From a bacterium (lineage in GTDB: Bacteria; Bacteroidota; Ignavibacteria; Kapaibacteriales; Kapaibacteriaceae), in contig DAITZZ010000007.1 of the NCBI GenBank assembly GCA_036840065.1, positions 2,291-66,290 on the forward strand: a stretch of 64,000 nt of DNA, in the 5' to 3' direction. The position numbers and the translations under genes were made by a program. Below the pieces are notes generated by a model. That model saw nothing but the letters and a program-made list of their open reading frames with translations. It had not been told where the DNA came from and did not search any database. The first letter of the stretch is position 1; every line of letters starts with the position of its first letter. Below are positions 56,645 to 64,000 of the stretch, in pieces.

Positions 56645-58737
56645 ACCTGCTGAATCCTTTTGCGCTATTTGGTCTGGCCGCAGCGGGCATACCGCTGCTG
56701 CTGCACCTGCTGAACCTGCGGAAACTCCGCGTTGTGGAGTTCGGGAGTGTGCGCTTTCTGCTCGAGCTCCAGCAAAAGCAGGTTCGCCGCCTGAAGCTAC
56801 AGCAGATCCTATTGCTGATCCTGCGCACGCTCATCATCGTTTTCGCCGTTCTTGCCCTCTCGCGACCGACCATCGAGACCAGTCTTCCCCTGCTGTCATC
56901 GGCCGCGCGGGCAAGTGTTGTGATCCTCGTCGATAACTCTGCCAGCATGGAAGCCGCCGATGGCGCGGGACCACGTATTGATCAGGCCAGGAAGGCCGCG
57001 CGGGAGATCATCAACGGTCTGCGTGATGGTGACGAAGTGGTGGTGCTCCCCATGGTAGGGGGCGATGCACAACGTCGCGTTGACATGACGCGAACATTTG
57101 ATGCAGCACGTCAGCAGGTGGACCGACTTTCGGTCTCTGATGGCAGTGCCAACCTTGTTGAAGCCCTGCGTCGAGTGCGCCCCCTGCTTGAGGAGGCCGT
57201 CAATGCTCATCGCGAGGTCTACATCATCAGCGATGCCCAACGGTCGCAGACATATCGGCCCGACGATGACTCGCTACGTGCGCTTGAGCGCGATGCAACG
57301 GTGTTTCTTGTGCGTATCGGTCAGGGACAGCTTGGTTTGGAAGCAAACATCAGTGTTGACTCGGTGTCGGTTATCACCAAGCTACTGCAGCCTGACAGGC
57401 CCATCGAGTTTGAGGCGATCGTCCGCAATGGAAGTCCACGCGACGTAACCGGCGCACTCGTCTCACTATCATTTAATGGCCTGCGCGTGGCTCAGAAAGC
57501 CGTGGACCTGCCAGCCAATGGTCTGCGGGCTGTCACCCTGGCAGCCACGCCCAACCGGCAGGGTGCGATCGCTGCGGCCATCGAGCTGGAATCTGATGCG
57601 ATCGACCGCGATAACGTTCGATGGGCGGGGGTGACCATTCCGAGACGCGCCCGTCTTTGTCTTGTAGGCCCTTCCGAACGGACGCAGCTGGTGCGCACCG
57701 TTCTTGGACTGCCGGGTGTTGGAGCAACAGTAGGCAGCATTGTGACCTTTGAATCAGTAACGTCTGCGTCCTCGTCGCTGGTCGATGTTGACGTTGTCAT
57801 CGTCTGCGGCGGCGCGGCCACAAGTTCGGATGCCTCCGTTCTGCGGCAGTTTCTTGAGTCGGGTGGTGGCGCGATCGTCTTCGCCTCCGCCTCAGGGGGC
57901 ACTATCCTGCCGGCGTGTGGATTGCAGGCTCTGCCTGAGCGCGTGACGGCTCCCGACGCCCCCTTCATGGTAACGGCCGTGGAGCGCTCTCATCCCCTCT
58001 ACCAGGGAGTGTTCCGAAGCTCTGCGGCTCTGATGGCCGGCTCCGAGGGTGTACGCATTATCCGCCAGTCTCCGGCTGGAGGTGGCTTTGATGTGGTTCG
58101 TTCCGGAGCCGGCGGACTGGTCAGCGAAGCCACGGTCGGCCAGGGTCGGGCCATCTACATTGCCGTCACGCCGGACCTCGCGTCCGGCACTTTCCCGGTC
58201 AGCGGCCTCTTTGCCGCCACGCTTGTGCGAAGTACGCTCTATGTTGTTGCCCCGCGCGACCAGGGAGTGAATCTGGGGCTGGGGGAATCCATCAGCATCC
58301 CGCTGCCGCCCCGTATGACGGGGCAGGATGCGTTTGTGGTCACTGACCAGAATGGCGTCACGACGACGCTGCAGCCCGTGCGCTTGAGCTCGGCAACCAT
58401 GCTGACTATTCCTGCGCAGTTTGCTGCGGGCGTCACGGTCGTCTCTACTCGCGATTCCGTGCCCGTCACCACAGTCACCGTTAACGGCTCAACCAGCGAA
58501 TCCCGACTTGAATTCTTCGACGAAGGGGCTTGGAAGAAGGATGTTGACTCACTGGTGATCCGACCCGACCATGTGGCCGAGATCGCTGCCGGATCGTCTG
58601 TTCAGGCCGCCATTCGGCAGGCGCGGACCGGATCTGAGCTCTGGCCCCTAGCAACGGTTCTTGCTCTGGTCTGTGCGCTTGCGGAGATGCTTGTGGCGCG
58701 CTACTTCGTGCGCGATACGCCGCAGAGTGCATCGTAG
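56641..58737 (+). CDS. BatA-type VWA-domain protein anchored by an N-terminal double-TM domain and a C-terminal TM helix
   Basis: N-terminus MNLLNPFALFGLAAAGIPLLLHLLN.RK (aerotolerance BatA N-terminal type). VWA MIDAS start VVILVDNSASM. C-terminal helix LWPLATVLALVCALAEMLVARYF. Confidence 0.75.
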   Translation: MNLLNPFALFGLAAAGIPLLLHLLNLRKLRVVEFGSVRFLLELQQKQVRRLKLQQILLLILRTLIIVFAVLALSRPTIETSLPLLSSAARASVVILVDNSASMEAADGAGPRIDQARKAAREIINGLRDGDEVVVLPMVGGDAQRRVDMTRTFDAARQQVDRLSVSDGSANLVEALRRVRPLLEEAVNAHREVYIISDAQRSQTYRPDDDSLRALERDATVFLVRIGQGQLGLEANISVDSVSVITKLLQPDRPIEFEAIVRNGSPRDVTGALVSLSFNGLRVAQKAVDLPANGLRAVTLAATPNRQGAIAAAIELESDAIDRDNVRWAGVTIPRRARLCLVGPSERTQLVRTVLGLPGVGATVGSIVTFESVTSASSSLVDVDVVIVCGGAATSSDASVLRQFLESGGGAIVFASASGGTILPACGLQALPERVTAPDAPFMVTAVERSHPLYQGVFRSSAALMAGSEGVRIIRQSPAGGGFDVVRSGAGGLVSEATVGQGRAIYIAVTPDLASGTFPVSGLFAATLVRSTLYVVAPRDQGVNLGLGESISIPLPPRMTGQDAFVVTDQNGVTTTLQPVRLSSATMLTIPAQFAAGVTVVSTRDSVPVTTVTVNGSTSESRLEFFDEGAWKKDVDSLVIRPDHVAEIAAGSSVQAAIRQARTGSELWPLATVLALVCALAEMLVARYFVRDTPQSAS

Positions 58738-58748
58738 ATTTGCCGGGT

Positions 58749-59657
58749 ATGTCGATCACCGTTCATCCAGATGTCGCCCCACTACAGCAGCGAGTGCGCG
58801 AGCTCCGTGTGGAGCTTCGCTCGGCCCTTGATGAGTGGCATCGACTCTCGACTGAGGTTCGGCCTCGACTTCATGCTGCGTACAATCGATACTTCGGTCT
58901 GCTCGAGCGAGAACTGCAGGAAGTTGCACTAGCGGCAGCGGAGATGTTCCGACGCGTGGAGCTGCTCAGCATCAAGCATGAGCGTGGAGAAAAGCTTACG
59001 GCCGAGATCATCGACCTGATCAATCAGGTCGTAGACAAGGAATATGCTCGATTTACCATGCGCGTGCAGGAGGCATTTCGCATGGACGAACGTCAGCGTG
59101 AGCAGGCCGCGCGCAGCCGCGAGGCCGGCGGCTCGGACACGGAGCTGGTGGCCATGTACCGAACGCTTGTGAAGCAGCTTCATCCCGACGTTGCAGATGC
59201 TCATGGCGAAGAGTCCGGTAAAGACTCCATATGGCATCAGGTTCAACAGGCGTATGCAACGCGCAACGCTGCCCAGCTGCGCTCGATGCTCACTCTGCTT
59301 GGTGCGGATGAGGCGCTGGAGCGCGAATCTGGCGATTGGGGTGTCGAACGCTGGCGTCAGGAAGCGGACCTTCTTGAAAAACGTCTCGCGGTCGAACAGC
59401 GCAAGCTACTGCGTCTTCGTTCGCAAGAGCCGTTCACGATGGAGCGCGACCTCGACGACGACGTGTGGCGGACGCGGCATCGCGATGATCTCGTGCGTGC
59501 CATCGCTGTGAAGAACAATGAACTGAGAGATTCTCGACGTCGATACGATGAACTTACCGGTGGCCTTGTGCCGCCCGGACACAATCCAACGAAGTCCAAG
59601 CAGGAGCAGACATTCGAGGAGGATTTCATGACCAACACCTACTTTGGACAGCGCTGA
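58749..59657 (+). CDS. Coiled-coil protein with a central J-domain-like segment (HPD motif)
   Basis: ...LVAMYRTLVKQLHPDVA......W..VQQAYATRNAAQL is J-domain helix II/III-like, with HPD. The flanks are charged and heptad-like. Confidence 0.55.
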   Translation: MSITVHPDVAPLQQRVRELRVELRSALDEWHRLSTEVRPRLHAAYNRYFGLLERELQEVALAAAEMFRRVELLSIKHERGEKLTAEIIDLINQVVDKEYARFTMRVQEAFRMDERQREQAARSREAGGSDTELVAMYRTLVKQLHPDVADAHGEESGKDSIWHQVQQAYATRNAAQLRSMLTLLGADEALERESGDWGVERWRQEADLLEKRLAVEQRKLLRLRSQEPFTMERDLDDDVWRTRHRDDLVRAIAVKNNELRDSRRRYDELTGGLVPPGHNPTKSKQEQTFEEDFMTNTYFGQR

Positions 59658-61498
59658 TGTACGAGATAGAACAACGCGACGAGCAGCTCGTTAACTCTTC
59701 GGCCTCCATTACCTATGAGGTCGGTTTCGATCGCGCACCTCAGCATCTGGTGAGCGTTCGTATGCGCATCGAAAAGGTCGATGCTCCAGAGCTGACACTG
59801 GTGATGCCGTCGTGGTCTCCGGGCAGCTATAAGATCCGCGATTATGCCGGCTGGCAGGGGAATGTGCGCTGCTACGACGTAACCTCGAGTGGTCGCGTGC
59901 CTCGCGCCTTCCGCTGGCGTGATAAGGCAGCGCTGGTCGTCGATGCGAAGGGGGCGACTGTCATCGAGGTGGAATACCTCGTGTATGCTCACGACCGCAC
60001 GGTGCGCACCAGTCACGTCAACCGTTTTCATGCCTTCCTGATGCTGACCTCGATCTGCATGTACGTCGAGGGTCGCATGAACGAGGTTCATCATCTTCTG
60101 CTGACACATGATCAGCAGCTATGGCCGTCGATATCTACCGCACTCTCGCCGGTGCAGGCCCCCTCAACAAAGGGGGTTCTGCTCGGAGCCCGCAACTATG
60201 ACATACTGGCCGACTCTCCGATCGAGATCGGCGACCATCGCGTGCGGATGTTCACCGCCGCTGGTGCGCGTCATGAAGTGGCGGTGGCAACGAACTACGA
60301 TGTGGACATTGACTGGCTGACCGAGCGCATCAAACGCATTGTCGAGGTTGAGACGGCCCTCTTTGGTGGCGCTCCCTATGACCGCTATGTCTTCATCATT
60401 CAGGCCTATCCAGGGGCAGGGGGCGGGCTGGAACACGCCCGGTCAAGCGTTAATGCGGTAGACCCTTCGGCCCTGCTGGATAAGACCAAGGCTATCGGAC
60501 TTCTGTCGCTGCTGTGCCACGAGTACTTCCATCTCTGGAACGTCAAGCGTATCCGTCCGGTCGAGCTTGGTCCATTTGACTATACGCGAGAGACGTATAC
60601 TCCGATGCTGTGGCTTGCAGAGGGTCTGACGTCGTACTACGACAACCTGTTTGCCTACCGATGCGGATTTACAACCGAGAAGGAGTATCTCGATTCGATC
60701 TCTCGCGATGATATTGCCAAGCTTGCCCAGGTGCAGGGGCGTTTTGCCATGTCGACCCGTGATAGCTCCTATCTGGCATGGCTGAAGCTCTACCTTCAGA
60801 GTCCAGACGGATCCAACAGGTTCCCCTCGTACTACCTCAAGGGTGGGATCATTGTGATGCTCCTGGATGTGTACATCATCGACCATACCGACGGTAAGTA
60901 CTCAATGGACGATGCCCTGCGGATGATGTGGCAGCGGTATCTGGATGATCCTTCGCGAGGTATGACGGAAGACGAGTGCATTGCCATCATCGAAAGGGCC
61001 ACCCGCGTGCAGGTGCGCGAACGTCTGATGAGCTGGCTTGACGGAACCGAAGAACTGCCCTACGACGAGATCTTTTCTGCCGTCGGATACCGCGTTGGTG
61101 CCGCGCCGAAAAAGGCTGCCGCGTCCACCTTCGGTGAATCCGTACCCGCTGCTGAAGCCCCGGAAGCCCCGTTCATCGGATGGAGCCTGGCCGATATCGG
61201 TGGCAGGATGGTTGTCCGAAGCGTTGACGATGGTTCTCCGGCGCAGCAGGCAGGCATCGGTATTGATGACGAGCTTGTGGCCATCGACGGAATTCGCATC
61301 CTCAGCCCGGCGCAGGCAGACCATCTGCTTGGAGGGCGCATCGGCAGGGCGGCACAGATCACCGGACATTGCGATGGCCGGATCTACACGACCAGCATCG
61401 TTGTGCAGGAGCGCCTGTTCCCGGGACTCATTGAAATAGACACCGTAACTGAGCGTCAACGCCAGATGCGGAAACGCTGGTTGCAACGCAGTCTGTGA
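59657..61498 (+). CDS. M61 glycyl aminopeptidase family protein with C-terminal PDZ domain
   Basis: HEYFHLWNVKRIRP (HExxH plus the family context). PDZ segment VVRSVDDGSPAQQAGIGIDDELVAIDG. Confidence 0.85.
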   Translation: MYEIEQRDEQLVNSSASITYEVGFDRAPQHLVSVRMRIEKVDAPELTLVMPSWSPGSYKIRDYAGWQGNVRCYDVTSSGRVPRAFRWRDKAALVVDAKGATVIEVEYLVYAHDRTVRTSHVNRFHAFLMLTSICMYVEGRMNEVHHLLLTHDQQLWPSISTALSPVQAPSTKGVLLGARNYDILADSPIEIGDHRVRMFTAAGARHEVAVATNYDVDIDWLTERIKRIVEVETALFGGAPYDRYVFIIQAYPGAGGGLEHARSSVNAVDPSALLDKTKAIGLLSLLCHEYFHLWNVKRIRPVELGPFDYTRETYTPMLWLAEGLTSYYDNLFAYRCGFTTEKEYLDSISRDDIAKLAQVQGRFAMSTRDSSYLAWLKLYLQSPDGSNRFPSYYLKGGIIVMLLDVYIIDHTDGKYSMDDALRMMWQRYLDDPSRGMTEDECIAIIERATRVQVRERLMSWLDGTEELPYDEIFSAVGYRVGAAPKKAAASTFGESVPAAEAPEAPFIGWSLADIGGRMVVRSVDDGSPAQQAGIGIDDELVAIDGIRILSPAQADHLLGGRIGRAAQITGHCDGRIYTTSIVVQERLFPGLIEIDTVTERQRQMRKRWLQRSL

Positions 61499-63594
61499 CA
61501 TCCTGGCGCATCATATCGCTCCTTTTGCTGTTGACCTCGGTCCTTGGTCTTACCGGATGTTCCTGGTACGACAACAGGATCACGTATTTCAACACGTACT
61601 ACAACATGCAGCGCATACGCGGCGAGGTGCTGGATGAGTTCGACTACCAGGAAGAGCTGAAGCGCAATCGTCCACGCGTGCTCGTCCCCGGACTCGACAG
61701 TATCAAGCTCGCATCGGGTCCGCCCAAGAATTCGGTGTACCAGTTTCTTCGCGGGTTGCAGATCGACCGTACCAAGCTGCAGCCCGTGACGCAGAAGGTC
61801 GACTCGATCCTGATCAAGGGATCCAAGGTCGTGGCGTTCCATCCCAAGTCACAGTACATCGAGGGCTCGCTCTTTCTAATGGCCGAGGCCTATTTCTTCC
61901 GCTCCGAGTGGGTGCCTTCACAGCAAAAGTGTCTTGAATTGATCGAGCGGTTCCCCGACGGAGAGTATTCGCCGGATGCCCATATTCTGCTGGCGAAGGT
62001 TTACCTTATGCAGCGCAAAGTGTCACAGGGCACGCAAGCACTGTCCAAAGCCGTCGATGTAGCATGGTACCGCGATCGGTATGATGTTGCCAGTGAGGCA
62101 TATCGCATCCAGGCAGAGATGGCCATTGAGGATGGCGACATCGAAAAGGCCATCATGCCCTACAAGCAGGCACTGATCATGTGTGAGGATGCAGGCCAGC
62201 GTGCCAAATGGCAGATCGAGATCGCATCGATCTACTACCGCATCGGAAAGTATGCTCTTGCCGAGGCTGCTTTCAAGAAGGTGTTCGACGAGAACCCCGA
62301 TGCACTCGGACAGTTTGAATCGCTCCTCTATATCGCCTCGTGCCGTGCTCGTCAGGGTTCCTTTGATGAGGCCAGTGAAATGTATGCTCAGCTGGAAGAC
62401 CGCAAGGCGTTTACCGAGTGGGCATCGTTCATTCAGGCCGAACGTCTTGCTCTAGACCGGCTACGTCAGGAGAATGCCAAGGACAAGACCCTTTTGGCGC
62501 GCGAGCGCTTTGCTGATACCTCATTCGTCGGCAAGCCGGAGCTCATGGCTCAGTCATTTCAAAAGGGGATGGCGCTGTACAAAACAGGTGATTATCAGGA
62601 AGCGCTGAAGTATTTCGCCAAGGCCAAGGTGATCCGCACGCCGGTGTATGATGTTGCCAACAAGTACTACTCGGCGCTGCGCTCGTGGGACGAGGCCAAA
62701 CGTCGACTGTATATGTTGGATCAGCATCTGGTTGTTGACACTTCCCGAAAGGATTCCATCAACAGACTTCGAGCCGGTGAACTCTATTCGATCGGACGGG
62801 TGCATGAGAACCTCGACCGACGCGACAGCGCACTGATATACTACCGGTGGGCCTTCGGGGCCAGCGAGCCATCGTCCGAGGATGCCGGCAAGTGTCTCTT
62901 TGCGCAGGCGCGGCTTCTGAAGGATACCGAGCCGATCGTTTCGGATTCACTGTTCGAACTGATCTCGTTGCGGTGGCCACGAAGCCCCTTTGCCAAAGAG
63001 GCAGCCGCGAATCTTGGCTTTACTGCTGATGCAACGATTGACGATGCCGCAGAGCTTTATGCATCAGGATCGAAGTTCCGGGCCATCAAGGACTATGCTT
63101 TTGCCTCAAGGCAGTACATGGCCGTTGTGAACAAGTTCCCGGAAAGCGAGCTCGCACCCAAGGCGCTATATGCCATGGGATGGATGTTTGAGCGCGATGT
63201 TCATCGAAATGACAGCGCGATCTTTTACTACCAGCTCCTGCTGGAGCGGTATCCGAGGTCGGAGTATGCCCGCGAAGTCCGTGCCAGCGTCGAGTTTGCA
63301 CTTGCCAAGATCAACGGGGTTGAGGTTTCGGACTCGACGCTGTTGCGTGATCTCGATAAAGATCTTCTGCAACGTGCAACCGAGAAGGACAAGGACGTCA
63401 TGCAGCAGCTGATGGATCGCAATAAGGATGCTTTCCAGGTGACTGCGCCGAATATGAACCTTCCTCAGATTCCGGGAATGACCCCGGGAGGCTCGATCAA
63501 CAATGTCCTTCAGGGCCAGATGAGAGACGCGCAGGGACGGATACTCGGCAAACAGGACACCACGGTCATCCCACCACCGTTGCCCAAACCGTAG
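61495..63594 (+). CDS. TPR-repeat lipoprotein
   Basis: Lipobox LLTSVLGLTG-C. Repeated TPR-like A..Y..A/L helices throughout. The GTG start overlaps the M61 stop. Confidence 0.7.
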   Translation: MTSWRIISLLLLLTSVLGLTGCSWYDNRITYFNTYYNMQRIRGEVLDEFDYQEELKRNRPRVLVPGLDSIKLASGPPKNSVYQFLRGLQIDRTKLQPVTQKVDSILIKGSKVVAFHPKSQYIEGSLFLMAEAYFFRSEWVPSQQKCLELIERFPDGEYSPDAHILLAKVYLMQRKVSQGTQALSKAVDVAWYRDRYDVASEAYRIQAEMAIEDGDIEKAIMPYKQALIMCEDAGQRAKWQIEIASIYYRIGKYALAEAAFKKVFDENPDALGQFESLLYIASCRARQGSFDEASEMYAQLEDRKAFTEWASFIQAERLALDRLRQENAKDKTLLARERFADTSFVGKPELMAQSFQKGMALYKTGDYQEALKYFAKAKVIRTPVYDVANKYYSALRSWDEAKRRLYMLDQHLVVDTSRKDSINRLRAGELYSIGRVHENLDRRDSALIYYRWAFGASEPSSEDAGKCLFAQARLLKDTEPIVSDSLFELISLRWPRSPFAKEAAANLGFTADATIDDAAELYASGSKFRAIKDYAFASRQYMAVVNKFPESELAPKALYAMGWMFERDVHRNDSAIFYYQLLLERYPRSEYAREVRASVEFALAKINGVEVSDSTLLRDLDKDLLQRATEKDKDVMQQLMDRNKDAFQVTAPNMNLPQIPGMTPGGSINNVLQGQMRDAQGRILGKQDTTVIPPPLPKP

Positions 63595-63633
63595 GCAAGG
63601 GGCCTGTGGCTCCGAAGAGGTAGGAACAGGCCT

Positions 63634-63945
63634 TCAGGTCTCTATCTGCGTCATAAGGCCAATCTCTTCCAGCACGCCCGACACCCTCAGGCACTCGGTG
63701 AAGCCGCCGGAAAAGACCATGGCCTTACCGGTCCGGTGTACCTCCAGCGTGAGAATCTCGGCACGCTCAAGGGAGCATCCCGTAGCCTTCATGATCTGGA
63801 TAATGACCTCGTCGAACGTGTGCACCTCGTCGTTAAAGAGGATGACACGCGCAGATAGTTCGCTATCGACGAAGCCCAGAGTCTGCTGAACCAGCTCCTC
63901 GTAAGGAGTTTCAAGAAAAACCGTGTGGCTGTACATCATGAACAC
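63634..63945 (-). CDS. clpS: ATP-dependent Clp protease adaptor ClpS
   Basis: ..[49 protein letters not shown].. is the canonical ClpS core. The start could be any of the three N-terminal Met codons. Confidence 0.9.
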   Translation of the reverse strand: MFMMYSHTVFLETPYEELVQQTLGFVDSELSARVILFNDEVHTFDEVIIQIMKATGCSLERAEILTLEVHRTGKAMVFSGGFTECLRVSGVLEEIGLMTQIET

Positions 63946-64000
63946 GGGGCGAAATTATGAAAAGACCTATCTTTGCCGTTCCGACACTAGACTATTCACG

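Noticed and set aside
63946-64000. TATCTTTG box at 63969-63976, resembling a -7 promoter element at the window edge.
   Set aside because: There is no TTTG -33 element at the right spacing, and the downstream gene lies outside the window, so it cannot be evaluated.

Overview
This is a 64-kb chromosomal window, moderately GC-rich by eye, from a member of the FCB superphylum (Bacteroidota / Ignavibacteriota / Chlorobi-like). That placement is inferred from two TTTG-N19/20-TAnnTTTG promoter matches and from many proteins ending in type IX secretion (T9SS) C-terminal sorting domains (CTDs). No mobile elements, CRISPR arrays, rRNA genes or recognisable defence genes were seen.

**1-12.1 kb (core).** A tRNA-Tyr/Gly/Thr/Trp array is followed by secE-nusG-rplK-rplA-rplJ-rplL-rpoB-rpoC. 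There is no tuf gene in the array.

**12.1-23.6 kb (accessory).** This stretch holds an orphan Asp-box secreted protein and a beta-helix + histidine-phosphatase + CTD fusion. It also holds a DAACS transporter, a PhoD phosphatase with a CTD, and a light-repair operon: a DUF2256 mini-ORF missed by the ORF track, an internally shortened Cry-DASH, and an FeS-BCP (6-4) photolyase. An acyltransferase-3 gene follows.

**23.6-26.3 kb.** tRNA-Arg, rpsT, murQ, a thioredoxin-like gene, dedA and tRNA-Leu.

**26.4-41.6 kb.** A CRTAC1/ASPIC-like FG-GAP protein, an 1834-aa GEVED + beta-helix + CTD protein, lnt translationally coupled to a pair of M16 peptidases (the second carries an extra C-terminal domain), and a Yip1-like membrane protein.

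**41.7-53.8 kb (best candidate for an undescribed system).** A tightly packed five-gene outer-membrane module: a BNR propeller with a CTD, a CarboxypepD_reg TonB-dependent barrel, a 1449-aa orphan protein with a split CTD, an ATGA-coupled PorV/PorQ-like barrel, and a GWxTD protein.

**53.8-64 kb.** lpxL-like, GT9 heptosyltransferase, rluB-like, a doubly anchored VWA protein, a coiled-coil J-domain protein, an M61 peptidase, a TPR lipoprotein and clpS.

All domain calls come from reading the translated ORFs and motifs by eye. No searches were run.
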